A stretch of 64,000 bases of DNA, taken from the sequence record NZ_CP103541.1; one strand, 5' to 3'. The translations under genes were made by a program, and so were the position numbers. Below, in pieces: positions 32,543-43,317 of the stretch (position 1 is its first letter; each line of letters begins with the position of its first letter). Source of the stretch: a plasmid. Under the pieces are notes generated by a model. That model searched no databases. It was given only the letters and a program-made list of their open reading frames with translations, and was not told where the DNA came from.

Positions 32543-32755
32543 ATGCTTAGACAACATCAGGATAGCCTCTTACCGCGCTTTGCGCAAGGAGAAGAAGGCC
32601 ATGAAACTACCACGCAGCTCTCTTGTCTGGTGTGTGTTGATCGTGTGTCTCACACTGTTGATATTCACTTATCTGACACGAAAATCGCTGTGCGAGATTC
32701 GTTACAGAGACGGATACAGGGAGGTGGCGGCTTTCATGGCTTACGAATCCGGTAA
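32543..32755 (+). CDS. mok: Mok (modulator of killing) reading frame overlapping hok
   Basis: 70-aa [24 protein letters not shown] in the expected position relative to hok. Confidence 0.5.
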
Positions 32756-32759
32756 GTAG
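32601..32759 (+). CDS. hok: Hok-family membrane toxin (52 aa; flmA/hok)
   Basis: [52 protein letters not shown] is a near-exact match to Hok. The fbi/3' fold-back region follows (to about 32880). Confidence 0.9.
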
Positions 32760-33099
32760 CAACCTGGAGGCGGGCGCAGGCCCGCCTTTTCAGGGCTGAT
32801 GCTGGTCTGACTGCACTGAAGCGCCTTTATAAAGGGGTTGCTGGTTCGCCGGTGGCCCCTTTCTCCTTGCTGGCATTGTACGGGCATGAACAACCAGACT
32901 GCCAGGAAGGCCATTTCCCTCCGGGAACGGGGATGAACGTGCGCCTGCGGCGCCCGTTCTTTTCCCCCGCCTTCTCTGTTTATGACCTGTCAGAAATCAC
33001 ATCACCTTCCCTTTGATTATTCTCTTTTTCCTCCTGTTCTGACTCTGATTACTGCTGCCCTGATTATTGTCTGTTTTGTTGTTCTCCTGCTTATGCCTT

Positions 33100-33616
33100 T
33101 TCCGGGCGTCCCCCTGGCGGGGCGGGCTGTCGTGAACGGAGCCAGCGAAGCTGTCTCCGCCCTGGCGGGCTTCCATCCCGGACGCGAAACCCCGGGCTTG
33201 CAGCGACCGTTCCGGTCGCGCCGCCTCTGTCGCGCCGTGGCCTGCGCTCCTTACATCCCGGCAAAAGGCCGCCGGGATGTAAGGCGCAACGCCGTTTCGC
33301 AAACCGCGCTTCACGTCGTTGCGGCGGGTGCCTGCCCGTTGTTGTGTCCGGTGCCATTCACCTGTTTAAGCCCCTGTCGCCGGGGGCAAAGACAGCCACA
33401 ACCGTCTCCGCCAGTCCAGGGGTGAAATGTACATCCCGCAAAACTTTTTGCCCAAAAGCAGGCAAAAACTTTTGCGGTCTGCCCCCAGACAGTCGTTTCC
33501 GGCCGTGGCAGTGATGCCCCTTGCGGCGAAGGTTCTCAAAAAGGTGATGGTGAATACCGGAGGGAACAAAAGGCAGGTCCCCGCAAAACGTCAAAACCGC
33601 GGCTCCCGAAACTCAA
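33100..33616 (+). promoter_or_regulatory. Frpo/ssi-like repeat copy C (left part divergent or truncated)
   Basis: 33185-33616 aligns to 9672-10087 and 16680-17099. Confidence 0.55.
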
Positions 33617-33657
33617 AAGATGATGGGGGCTGAAAACCAGAGAGAGGAGAAAGCAGG

Positions 33658-33945
33658 ATGAGTACCCAAAATATCCACGTTAGCACCGCGTCGTACACGC
33701 TTCTTGTTGCCGGGAAGAAAAAAAACACCGGGGAAGAGTGGGACGTCCTAGAATTCAGCAGCCTGACTGAGCTGAAAAAATATCGCAAAAGCCACCCGGA
33801 AAAGATGGCCTTCAGCTATAGCTACGCGCTCAGCCGGGGTGTGGATACGCAGTTCCGCCATATCAACATTGCGGAAGCCGATCACTTCAAACAGTTCCTG
33901 CGTCAGATTAAGCGTGCCGGCCTCGATATCCGGGCGATCTGCTGA
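33658..33945 (+). CDS. hypothetical small protein (95 aa), first gene after Frpo copy C
   Basis: RBS gaggagaaagcagg before ATG 33658. Confidence 0.45.
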   Translation: MSTQNIHVSTASYTLLVAGKKKNTGEEWDVLEFSSLTELKKYRKSHPEKMAFSYSYALSRGVDTQFRHINIAEADHFKQFLRQIKRAGLDIRAIC

Positions 33946-34063
33946 CCGGATGTGATGAATATCCCTCCTGATTGTTGCTGACTTGTTAATGATGGTAGGG
34001 AGGGATGATATTAAGCGGAAAAATTTTTTATTAAATTTATTCTTTCATAAAGGAGTAGCTGTT

Positions 34064-34885
34064 ATGCGATTAGCTTCCCGTTTTGGTCGGTATAATTCCA
34101 TCCGCCGTGAACGTCCTTTAACGGATGATGAATTAATGCAGTTCGTGCCTTCGGTATTTTCCGGTGATAAACATGAGTCCCGGAGTGAACGTTATACGTA
34201 TATTCCAACAATCAATATCATCAATAAGTTACGTGATGAAGGTTTCCAGCCATTCTTTGCCTGTCAGAGTCGGGTTCGTGATTTGGGACGTCGCGAATAC
34301 AGTAAACATATGTTACGTCTTCGCAGGGAAGGGCATATTAACGGGCAGGAAGTTCCTGAAATTATCCTGCTTAATTCACATGATGGTTCATCCAGTTATC
34401 AGATGATCCCCGGAATTTTTCGTTTTGTCTGCACAAATGGCCTGGTGTGCGGAAATAATTTTGGCGAAATCCGCGTTCCACATAAAGGTGATATTGTCGG
34501 GCAGGTTATCGAGGGAGCGTATGAAGTGCTCGGTGTCTTTGATAAGGTCACTGATAATATGGAGGCGATGAAAGAAATTCATCTTAACAGTGACGAGCAA
34601 CATTTATTTGGTAGAGCTGCACTGATGGTCAGGTATGAAGATGAAAATAAAACGCCAGTGACGCCTGAACAAATAATTACTCCCCGTCGTCGGGAGGATA
34701 AACAGAACGATCTCTGGACAACCTGGCAGCGGGCTCAGGAGAATATGATAAAAGGTGGATTATCGGGGCGAAGTGCCTCCGGGAAAAATACCAGGACAAG
34801 AGCCATTACAGGTATTGATGGTGATATAAGGATCAACAAGGCGTTGTGGGTGATTGCTGAACAGTTCAGAAAGTGGAAGTCATGA
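34064..34885 (+). CDS. DUF932-type leading-region protein (orf273 of F)
   Basis: Exactly 273 aa from ATG 34064 (RBS aaaggag). Position next to gene X and oriT, as in F. Confidence 0.7.
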   Translation: MRLASRFGRYNSIRRERPLTDDELMQFVPSVFSGDKHESRSERYTYIPTINIINKLRDEGFQPFFACQSRVRDLGRREYSKHMLRLRREGHINGQEVPEIILLNSHDGSSSYQMIPGIFRFVCTNGLVCGNNFGEIRVPHKGDIVGQVIEGAYEVLGVFDKVTDNMEAMKEIHLNSDEQHLFGRAALMVRYEDENKTPVTPEQIITPRRREDKQNDLWTTWQRAQENMIKGGLSGRSASGKNTRTRAITGIDGDIRINKALWVIAEQFRKWKS

Positions 34886-35180
34886 TAATATAAGTAAAGC
34901 CCCGAAAAATTTTCGGGGCTTTACTTATATTATCATTCTTCGGCATCGCTGTGTCGTCTGATATACATCAATTTCATCAACTGGCTTTCCGGTTGTCTGT
35001 AAATATTGTGCCCGCGAAAAATGGTCTGACAGGAGGCTGCGCAGTTACCGGGTATATATAATATGGGTTCCCGCTTCGCGGGACTTCGGCCAGTCAGCAT
35101 TATCACTCATATGATATTTTTGTGTGTGGCCTTCCATGCCGCTTTTGCGGCATAACCGGTATCTGACAATGTCTGTAAGA

Positions 35181-35690
35181 TTAATTATTCTGCACGCTGT
35201 TAATTTCCGTAAGTGATTTCTTTGTGACCGGAATCCGGATACCTTTACTGCTTTTTATCCCGGTATAAATCCGGTAAACATCTGATGCGTAGGCAAGACG
35301 TCTCTGGTTCTGGCGTTCGGTTTTCCTGAATCCTGCATTATATGCACCAACGGCCTCCCAGGTGACGCCCCATTTTTTAAATGCTATTGCCAGATAATAA
35401 GCACCGGTATAAATGTTCATGCAGGGATCTGTTGTCAGATGTTCCGGCTTAATTCCGTAGCGGGCCAGTTCGTTAAAATGCTGGGAATCTACCTGCATCA
35501 GTCCGCTGCCATATCCCGTTACCGGATTAATACCGACGGCATTAACCCGGTAACGGGATTCTTTCCATGATATTGCTCTCAGTAAATCAGGATCTATTTT
35601 GTAATCCCGTCCTGCAAGATCAAAGCAATCAGTGGCATGGCAGATCTCATTTATAAACATCAGGCAGATGGATAACATCCATTTTTTCAT
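35181..35690 (-). CDS. lytic transglycosylase (gene X / orf169 of F)
   Basis: 169 aa from [12 protein letters not shown]. Signal peptide and SLT-domain motifs (ESRY..., AYNAG). Confidence 0.8.
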   Translation of the reverse strand: MKKWMLSICLMFINEICHATDCFDLAGRDYKIDPDLLRAISWKESRYRVNAVGINPVTGYGSGLMQVDSQHFNELARYGIKPEHLTTDPCMNIYTGAYYLAIAFKKWGVTWEAVGAYNAGFRKTERQNQRRLAYASDVYRIYTGIKSSKGIRIPVTKKSLTEINSVQNN

Positions 35691-35699
35691 TTTTCCACC

Positions 35700-36122
35700 T
35701 CTGGTGACTTTATCCGTAAATAATTTAACCCACTCCACAAAAAGGCTCAACATGTTGGTGGTTCTCACCACCAAAAGCACCACACCCCACGCAAAAACAA
35801 GTTTTTGCTGATTTGTGTTTTAAATCATGTAATTAATGAACTATATTTATATTATATAATTTTGAATTATATTGCAGAGATTCGTGATAGATTCGATAGT
35901 GAATCTATCACGAATTGTCAATGATTCAGTAATGACTATTTTTTTTGAAAACATCTATTTACTTGGCGCGTGAATCTATATTAGATTCGTCAATTGATGA
36001 TTGCTGATTCGTATAGTGAATCGTGATTTTAGTATGATGAATCTAATGGCGATTCGTCATAAGGTGCAGAATAGAGAGCACGAAAATATATTGTTTGTTT
36101 AGGAAGGTGAATAAGGTGTGTT
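35700..36122. promoter_or_regulatory. oriT: oriT region: nic site (minus/T strand, about 35781|35782 within ggggtgt|ggtgc), AT-rich IHF/TraY region, TraM-binding inverted repeats, traM promoters
   Basis: The plus strand shows caccaccaaaagcaccacaccccacgcaaaaacaag, which is the complement of the F nic region. Inverted repeats agattcgtgatagattcgatagtgaatctatcacgaat follow. Confidence 0.75.
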
Positions 36123-36506
36123 ATGGCCAAAATTCAGGTTTATGTTAATGACCATGTGTCTGAAAAAATAAATGCTATTGCTGTGCAAAGGCGAGCAGAG
36201 GGAGCAAAAGAGAAAGATGTTAGTTATTCAAGTATTGCCTCTATGTTGCTTGAGTTAGGATTGCGAGTTTATGAAGCGCAGATGGAGCGAAAAGAATCAG
36301 CGTTTAATCAGGCAGAGTTTAATAAACTTCTTCTTGAGTGTGTTGTAAAAACGCAGTCAACGGTGGCAAAGATTTTAGGTATTGAGTCTCTTAGCCCTCA
36401 TGTTTCCGGAAAACCGAAGTTTGAATATGCCAATATGGTTGAAGATATCAGAGAGAAGGTGTCGGTTGAGATGGAAAGGTTTTTTCCAAAAAATGATGAT
36501 GAATAA
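36123..36506 (+). CDS. traM: TraM relaxosome accessory protein
   Basis: 127 aa with F-TraM-like sequence ...LLELGLRVYEAQMERKESAFNQAEFNKLLLECVVKTQS. Confidence 0.9.
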   Translation: MAKIQVYVNDHVSEKINAIAVQRRAEGAKEKDVSYSSIASMLLELGLRVYEAQMERKESAFNQAEFNKLLLECVVKTQSTVAKILGIESLSPHVSGKPKFEYANMVEDIREKVSVEMERFFPKNDDE

Positions 36507-36611
36507 AGTGAAATAAATTTTGACTTTGTTCAAATATCATGGTTTTTTATGGTTCAAACTGATGACAATAATCAGAATAATTAGTATATTGATTATGTGG
36601 TTAATGCCACG

Positions 36612-36690
36612 TTAAAAATTGAAACTGAAAATCGCCGATGCAGGGAGCAGCCACTCCCTGCATCGACTGTCCATAGAATCCTTAGAGGAG
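36612..36690 (-). ncRNA. finP: FinP antisense RNA (complementary to the traJ leader and RBS)
   Basis: Minus-strand stem-loop cgatgcagggagtggctgctccctgcatcg followed by a T-rich run (intrinsic terminator), opposite the traJ RBS. Exact ends are inferred. Confidence 0.5.
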
Positions 36691-36695
36691 GTTCC

Positions 36696-37344
36696 TATGT
36701 GTGCGATGGATCGTAGAGAAAGAGCACTCATCAGTCAATTGCATTTCCCTCATAGTCTTGGAGAGGCTATTTCGTTTTTAAAATATCCAGTATGTGTCCG
36801 CTTCGAGGATGGTTCTTTTATTCAGGAAAATAACCGCTTTGAAAAACTTATCAGATCGTCATTTAATTCATGTGATGAATGGTTTGATAGTTTAACGTTG
36901 GAATGTAAATTACAGTTATCCAGAGCAGAGATTGAATCATGCTCTTCAGTTTATGGTGTAAATTGTAATAATGACATATTACTTAATAATATGTTATGGA
37001 GTGTGATCATAGAAAGTGTTATCACACCATGCGGCTATTTCTTTATCTGGAGATTTATTTGGGTAGCAAATGATAATCTGTCATCGTTTGTTGTGTCTAA
37101 ATACACCAATGAATTAATTGTACTATCTGATGAATATGTAGGCATTGAGCCATATCTGATAGGGTTTAGCCATCATTATTCATCAGCAAAGATGAACATC
37201 ACTGTGTCTAAATCAAAGAAGAAAACCATGAAATTATTTAAACGACATGGATTTAGTTCTAGAGATCTCTGGTTGGATGAAATGATTAGAACGGAAAAGA
37301 TACTTCCTTTATATGCTAAAGTAAAAGAAATATTGGGAAGATAG
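36696..37344 (+). CDS. traJ: TraJ transfer activator
   Basis: RBS gaggagg before ATG 36696. 216 aa, low GC, position between traM and traY. Confidence 0.75.
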
Positions 37345-37479
37345 GCTGTTAACTTATTGTTACTTTGCGGGAACCATTGGTTCCCGTTTTTGTTAATATG
37401 ATTTACTCTATTTTTGTTTTCATTAAAGATGATTTATATGATTATATTTTATTATCTCAAGTAATTATGCGGAGGAAAC

Positions 37480-37695
37480 GTGAGCAGAGGGAGAACCAGA
37501 GCCGCACCGGGTAACAAAGTCTTATTAATACTGGATGAGACAACTAATCAGAAACTTTTAGCAGCTAGAGATCGTAGCGGAAGAACAAAAACTAATGAGG
37601 TGTTCATTAGACTAAAAGATCATCTCAATCGTTTTCCAGACTTTTATAATGCATCTTTAGTAAAGGAGGAAGCTGAAAGCATAGACGATATATAA
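37480..37695 (+). CDS. traY: TraY (ribbon-helix-helix oriT-binding protein, short R100-like form, GTG start)
   Basis: 71 aa ...LLILDETTNQKLLAARDRSGRTKTNEVFIRLKDHLNRFPDFYN. Confidence 0.75.
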   Translation: MSRGRTRAAPGNKVLLILDETTNQKLLAARDRSGRTKTNEVFIRLKDHLNRFPDFYNASLVKEEAESIDDI

Positions 37696-37737
37696 AGAGT
37701 TTTATTTTTCACTATCAATATTAAACAGAGGAATCAT

Positions 37738-38103
37738 ATGGACGCCGTTTTAAGTGTTCAGGGGGTTTCTGCGCCCGTCAAAAAGAAGTCGTTTTTTTCT
37801 AAATTCACTCGTCTGAATATGCTTCGCCTGGCTCGCGCTGTGATCCCGGCTGCTGTTCTGATGATGTTCTTCCCGCAGCTGGCGATGGCCGCCGGCAGCA
37901 GTGGTCAGGACCTGATGGCAAGTGGTAACACCACGGTTAAGGCGACCTTCGGTAAGGACTCCAGTGTTGTTAAATGGGTTGTTCTGGCTGAAGTTCTGGT
38001 CGGTGCGGTCATGTACATGATGACCAAAAACGTCAAGTTCCTGGCCGGTTTTGCCATCATCTCTGTATTTATTGCTGTGGGTATGGCCGTCGTTGGCCTC
38101 TGA
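37738..38103 (+). CDS. traA: TraA propilin (F-pilin)
   Basis: 121 aa. Leader plus mature pilin [70 protein letters not shown]. Confidence 0.95.
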
Positions 38104-38117
38104 CAGGAAATAAAACG

Positions 38118-38429
38118 ATGTCGGGAGACGAGAATAAACTTAAGAAATATCGTTTCCCGGAAACACTGACCAACCAGAGCCGCTGGTTTGGCCTGCCACT
38201 GGATGAACTGATCCCCGCAGCAATCTGTATTGGCTGGGGTATCACAACATCGAAATATCTGTTCGGTATTGGTGCAGCGGTTCTGGTTTATTTCGGGATT
38301 AAAAAACTGAAAAAAGGGCGGGGCAGTTCCTGGTTACGTGACCTGATTTACTGGTATATGCCAACAGCCCTGCTGCGCGGTATTTTTCATAATGTTCCCG
38401 ATTCGTGTTTCCGGCAGTGGATTAAATAG
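38118..38429 (+). CDS. traL: TraL
   Basis: Order and similarity to F TraL. Confidence 0.8.
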
Positions 38430-38450
38430 AACTGATACCAGGATTGTTAT

Positions 38451-39017
38451 ATGGAACACGGTGCCCGTTTAAGTACCAGTCGTGTAATGGCCATCGCCTT
38501 TATATTTATGTCAGTGCTTATTGTTCTCAGCCTCTCTGTTAACGTCATTCAGGGGGTGAATAACTACCGTCTTCAGAATGAGCAACGCACTGCCGTGACG
38601 CCAATGGCATTTAATGCCCCCTTTGCCGTGTCACAGAACAGTGCCGACGCCTCTTATTTACAGCAGATGGCGCTGTCATTTATTGCCCTCCGTCTGAATG
38701 TTTCATCAGAAACCGCCGATGCCTCACATCAGGCGCTTCTGCAATATATCCGCCCGGGCGCACAGAACCAGATGAAAGTTATTCTGGCTGAAGAAGCGAA
38801 GCGTATTAAAAACGATAACGTGAACTCAGCCTTTTTCCAGACCAGTGTTCGTGTCTGGCCTCAGTATGGCCGTGTGGAAATTCGTGGTGTGCTTAAAACC
38901 TGGATTGGTGATTCAAAACCTTTCACTGATATCAAACATTACATCCTTATTCTGAAGCGGGAAAACGGGGTGACCTGGCTGGATAATTTCGGGGAAACAG
39001 ACGATGAGAAAAAATAA
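38451..39017 (+). CDS. traE: TraE
   Basis: 188 aa, N-terminal TM segment. F gene order. Confidence 0.85.
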   Translation: MEHGARLSTSRVMAIAFIFMSVLIVLSLSVNVIQGVNNYRLQNEQRTAVTPMAFNAPFAVSQNSADASYLQQMALSFIALRLNVSSETADASHQALLQYIRPGAQNQMKVILAEEAKRIKNDNVNSAFFQTSVRVWPQYGRVEIRGVLKTWIGDSKPFTDIKHYILILKRENGVTWLDNFGETDDEKK

Positions 39018-39732
39018 TACAGCAATAATATTAGGCGGCCTGTTTTTTTCCTGCAGCGTGATGGCCGGAGTCGGTACGCTGGCCCCCACCGTGGTGCCAA
39101 TGGTGAACGGTGGTCAGGCCAGTATTGCCATCAGCAATACCAGCCCGAATCTGTTTACCGTTCCCGGTGACCGGATTATCGCCGTGAACAGTCTGGATGG
39201 TGCCCTGACCAATAATGAGCAGACCGCCTCCGGCGGTGTGGTGGTGGCCACCGTCAACAAAAAGCCCTTTACGTTCATTCTGGAAACAGAACGTGGTCTG
39301 AATCTTTCCATTCAGGCCGTTCCCCGTGAAGGCGCGGGGCGTACCATTCAGCTGGTCAGTGACCTGCGCGGAACCGGAGAAGAAGCCGGTGCGTGGGAAA
39401 CGTCCACGCCTTACGAATCCCTGCTTGTGACCATCAGCCAGGCCGTCCGTGGCGGAAAATTACCCGCAGGCTGGTATCAGGTCCCGGTGACAAAGGAAAC
39501 CCTGCAGGCCCCGGCGGGGCTGTCTTCAGTGGCAGATGCCGTATGGACGGGGAATCACCTGAAGATGGTCCGCTTTGCCGTGGAAAATAAAACGCTGTCT
39601 GCCCTGAATATCCGGGAAAGTGACTTCTGGCAGCCGGGAACCCGTGCCGTGATGTTCAGCCAGCCTGCCAGCCAGTTACTGGCAGGTGCGCGCATGGATG
39701 TGTATGTCATCCGTGACGGGGAGGGCAACTGA
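39004..39732 (+). CDS. traK: TraK (secretin-like/VirB9-like)
   Basis: 242 aa with signal peptide. F gene order. Confidence 0.85.
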   Translation: MRKNNTAIILGGLFFSCSVMAGVGTLAPTVVPMVNGGQASIAISNTSPNLFTVPGDRIIAVNSLDGALTNNEQTASGGVVVATVNKKPFTFILETERGLNLSIQAVPREGAGRTIQLVSDLRGTGEEAGAWETSTPYESLLVTISQAVRGGKLPAGWYQVPVTKETLQAPAGLSSVADAVWTGNHLKMVRFAVENKTLSALNIRESDFWQPGTRAVMFSQPASQLLAGARMDVYVIRDGEGN

Positions 39733-41159
39733 TGGCCAGTATCAATACCATTGTGAAACGCAAGCAGTACCTGTGGCTGGGGATTGTGGTTGTCGGTACA
39801 GCCTCCGCGATTGGTGGGGCACTGTATCTGTCTGATGTGGACATGTCCGGTAACGGTGAAACCGTGGCTGAACAGGAGCCTGTGCCGGATATGACCGGTG
39901 TGGTGGATACGACCTTTGATGACAAGGTGCGTCAGCATGCCACCACCGAGATGCAGGTGACGGCAGCGCAGATGCAGAAGCAGTATGAGGAAATCCGTCG
40001 TGAGCTGGATGTTCTGAACAAACAGCGCGGTGATGACCAGCGTCGTATTGAAAAGTTGGGACAGGACAATGCCGCCCTGGCAGAGCAGGTAAAAGCCCTG
40101 GGTGCTAATCCCGTCACGGCGACCGGTGAGCCTGTACCGCAGATGCCTGCCTCACCGCCCGGCCCGGAAGGCGAACCACAGCCAGGAAACACACCCGTAT
40201 CTTTCCCGCCGCAGGGCAGCGTTGCTGTTCCACCGCCGACGGCGTTTTATCCCGGGAATGGTGTCACGCCACCACCACAGGTGATGTACCAGTCTGTGCC
40301 GGTGCCTAACCGGATACAGCGTAAGGTGTTTACCCGTAATGAGGGAAAACAGGGACCATCACTGCCGTACATTCCGTCAGGAAGTTTTGCGAAAGCCATG
40401 CTGATTGAAGGGGCGGATGCCAATGCCTCTGTCACCGGTAATGAATCCACGGTGCCGATGCAGCTGCGTATCACCGGCCTGGTGGAAATGCCGAACAGCA
40501 AGACGTATGACGCAACGGGATGTTTTGTGGGTCTGGAAGCCTGGGGGGATGTGTCCAGTGAGCGTGCCATTGTACGCACCCGCAATATCAGTTGCCTGAA
40601 GGACGGCAAAACTATTGATATGCCGATTAAGGGGCATGTCAGCTTCCGGGGTAAAAACGGTATCAAGGGCGGAGTGGTGATGCGTAACGGCAAAATCCTC
40701 GGCTGGGCATGGGGCGCGGGATTTGTTGACGGTATCGGTCAGGGAATGGAGCGCGCCTCCCAGCCGGCTGTCGGGCTGGGTGCCACAGCCGCTTACGGGG
40801 CTGGTGATGTCCTGAGAATGGGTATCGGTGGCGGCGCATCGAAAGCCGCACAGACGCTCAGTGACTACTACATCAAACGTGCCGAACAGTATCACCCGGT
40901 GATACCGATTGGTGCGGGCAACGAAGTGACCGTGGTGTTCCAGGACGGCTTCCAGCTGAAAACCGTGGAAGAGATGGCGCTGGAACGCACGCAGAGCAGA
41001 GCGGAAGAAGACAATCCGGAAAGTCCGGTTCCTGTTCCGCCATCGGCTGAAAGTCATCTTAACGGCTTTAATACTGACCAGATGCTGAAGCAGCTGGGCA
41101 ACCTGAATCCGCAGCAGTTTATGTCCGGCAGCCAGGGAGGGGGCAACGATGGCAAATAA
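39732..41159 (+). CDS. traB: TraB (VirB10-like)
   Basis: 475 aa with a Pro-rich region. F gene order. Confidence 0.9.
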   Translation: MASINTIVKRKQYLWLGIVVVGTASAIGGALYLSDVDMSGNGETVAEQEPVPDMTGVVDTTFDDKVRQHATTEMQVTAAQMQKQYEEIRRELDVLNKQRGDDQRRIEKLGQDNAALAEQVKALGANPVTATGEPVPQMPASPPGPEGEPQPGNTPVSFPPQGSVAVPPPTAFYPGNGVTPPPQVMYQSVPVPNRIQRKVFTRNEGKQGPSLPYIPSGSFAKAMLIEGADANASVTGNESTVPMQLRITGLVEMPNSKTYDATGCFVGLEAWGDVSSERAIVRTRNISCLKDGKTIDMPIKGHVSFRGKNGIKGGVVMRNGKILGWAWGAGFVDGIGQGMERASQPAVGLGATAAYGAGDVLRMGIGGGASKAAQTLSDYYIKRAEQYHPVIPIGAGNEVTVVFQDGFQLKTVEEMALERTQSRAEEDNPESPVPVPPSAESHLNGFNTDQMLKQLGNLNPQQFMSGSQGGGNDGK

Positions 41160-41739
41160 TATGTCGTCCCGTCAGGCGTGCCATGCCGCCCGGTATGTTG
41201 TCGCCCGGGTTCTGCGAGGACTGTTCTGGTGTCTGAAGTACACCGTCATTCTGCCACTGGCCACAATGGCCCTGATGGCTCTGTTTGTTTTATGGAAGGA
41301 CAACACCACGCCGGGGAAATTACTGGTTAAGGAGATTAACTTCGTAAGACAAACAGCACCTGCCGGACAGTTCCCGGTCAGTGAATGCTGGTTTTCTTCC
41401 TCTGATTCTTCAGGCAGATCAGAAATACAGGATATCTGCCATTACCGCGCGGCTGATGCTGCAGATTATGTCAGGGAGACTGACCGGTCACTGATGCAAC
41501 TGGTCACCGCATTATGGGCAACACTGGCACTGATGTATGTCTCGCTGGCAGCGATCACCGGGAAATATCCGGTGCGACCAGGAAAAATGAAATGTATCCG
41601 GGTGGTAACCGCAGATGAACATCTGAAAGAAGTTTATACGGAAGACGCTTCCCTGCCGGGAAAAATCAGGAAATGCCCTGTTTATCTTCCTGATGACAGA
41701 ACAAACAGAAACAACGGAGATAAAAATGAACATGCGTAA
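41149..41739 (+). CDS. traP: TraP
   Basis: 196 aa. F gene order. Confidence 0.75.
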   Translation: MANNMSSRQACHAARYVVARVLRGLFWCLKYTVILPLATMALMALFVLWKDNTTPGKLLVKEINFVRQTAPAGQFPVSECWFSSSDSSGRSEIQDICHYRAADAADYVRETDRSLMQLVTALWATLALMYVSLAAITGKYPVRPGKMKCIRVVTADEHLKEVYTEDASLPGKIRKCPVYLPDDRTNRNNGDKNEHA

Positions 41740-41884
41740 TATTAATGTTATTACAGCCCTCTCTGTGCCGGGTAAAACCGTGTCAGATGATTTTATTCAT
41801 GCTGTTCTCAGTAACTGCGCCACAAGAATCGTACTTCCTGCACCGGAGAAATTCGGTTCTTAGTCATTGCCGGACAATTTTAAT

Positions 41885-42049
41885 ATGGCTGCTGTCGGTG
41901 TGATGAAGAAGGGTATGTCGATGAGTTTATTTTCTTCTCCGGGGCATATTGTGGTTGCCGGACAATCCGGTGGCGGAAAATCTGTTCCGGTGAAAGAACT
42001 AATCGACAGAATTATTCAGAAATATAAGGAGCCCTTCGATGAATAAGCT
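41885..42049 (+). CDS. trbD: TrbD (small protein with a GQSGGGKS P-loop-like motif)
   Basis: 54-aa ORF found by manual reading; it is not in the track because it is under 60 aa. Position between traP and trbG. Start is uncertain (ATG 41885 or 41915). Confidence 0.45.
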
Positions 42050-42290
42050 GGTTTCTGATGGCAGCGTCAAAAAAATAAATTATCCGGTGCTGTATGAGTC
42101 CGGAATAACACCTCCGTTATGTGAAGTCAGTGCACCAGAACCTGATGCGGGTGGGAAACGCATTGTGGCATATGTTTATAAATCATCACGGAGTACGGTT
42201 TTTGAAAATCCTGACATTGTAAAAACCTGTACGGTCAGGGATTTGAAGAAGGATTTTGTGAACTGCGATGAGAAAGGTGAGGGACAATGA
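42039..42290 (+). CDS. trbG: TrbG
   Basis: 83 aa. F gene order. Confidence 0.7.
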   Translation: MNKLVSDGSVKKINYPVLYESGITPPLCEVSAPEPDAGGKRIVAYVYKSSRSTVFENPDIVKTCTVRDLKKDFVNCDEKGEGQ

Positions 42291-42802
42291 AACAGATTTC
42301 TTTCTTTATTCCTCTGCTGGGGACCTTATTACTTTCCGGCTGTGCCGGAACCAGTACGGAATTTGAGTGTAACGCCACCACATCCGATACCTGTATGACG
42401 ATGGAGCAGGCCAATGAGAAGGCCAAAAAACTGGAGCAGTCCTCAGAAGCAAAGCCGGTTGCGGCATCACTGCCGTGCCTGGCTGAAGGGAACTTCCGGA
42501 CAATGCCGGTGCAGACCGTCACCGCGACCACTCCGTCCGGCAGCAGACCTGCGGTGACAGCACATCCGGAGCAGAAACTGCTGGCACCACGCCCGCTGTT
42601 TACCGCTGCCCGGGAAGTGAAAACGATTGTTCCGGTCAGTTCAGTTGCGCCGGTAACACCTCCTCGTCCGCTAAGAACGGGTGAGCAGACGGCTGCATTA
42701 TGGATAGCGCCTTATATTGATAATCAGGATGTTTATCATCAGCCATCCAGCGTGTTTTTTGTTATTAAACCGTCTGCGTGGGGAAAACCACGTATTAATT
42801 AA
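42287..42802 (+). CDS. traV: TraV outer-membrane lipoprotein
   Basis: 171 aa with lipobox LLLSGCAG. Confidence 0.9.
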   Translation: MKQISFFIPLLGTLLLSGCAGTSTEFECNATTSDTCMTMEQANEKAKKLEQSSEAKPVAASLPCLAEGNFRTMPVQTVTATTPSGSRPAVTAHPEQKLLAPRPLFTAAREVKTIVPVSSVAPVTPPRPLRTGEQTAALWIAPYIDNQDVYHQPSSVFFVIKPSAWGKPRIN

Positions 42803-42936
42803 CTGGCCCTGAAGTTGTATATCAGCCGGCAATGCCGGCAGGCTTTCTGTATTCAAAATCTGCCTGTAAAACGAGTGCCCTGTGCGTGAAAAGGGATGGG
42901 CGGTAGCGTGTCAGAACATGTCGGGAGGAATATTCC

Positions 42937-43158
42937 GTGAGTGATGAAGCCGATGAAGCATATTCAGTGACAGAACAACTGACCATGACAGGAATAAACC
43001 GGATACGCCAGAAAATAAATGCTCATGGTATTCCTGTTTATCTCTGTGAAGCATGCGGAAATCCTGTTCCGGAAGCCCGGCGGAAAATATTTCCCGGTGT
43101 GACGTTGTGCGTTGAATGTCAGGCGTATCAGGAAAGACAGAGAAAACATTATGCATAA
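42937..43158 (+). CDS. traR: TraR (DksA/TraR C4 zinc-finger family)
   Basis: 73 aa with the four-cysteine motif CEACG...CVEC. Confidence 0.9.
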   Translation: MSDEADEAYSVTEQLTMTGINRIRQKINAHGIPVYLCEACGNPVPEARRKIFPGVTLCVECQAYQERQRKHYA

Positions 43159-43317
43159 GTCAGTCGCAGAACATAGTGATTTAATTCCGGATGAACATGA
43201 GTGGATATCCAGAAAACAGAAATCTTTGTATATGCGCCGGGAAATGGCGCGTTAATTACAGGTATTCCCTTCATGGCTACCGCATTTCTCGCTTTATTTT
43301 TCAACTAAGGAATTCAT

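Noticed and set aside
36619-36695. Extended TraJ N-terminus from the track start 36619
   Set aside because: That extension runs through the FinP/traJ-leader stem-loops and has no RBS. ATG 36696 follows a strong gaggagg RBS.
40377-41057. 226-aa minus-strand ORF within traB, plus similar antisense ORFs in traC (45151..45747), traU (47245..47985) and the 7038-7814 gene (7200..7868)
   Set aside because: They are antisense to strongly supported genes and sit in high-GC coding DNA. They lack an RBS. These are typical shadow ORFs.
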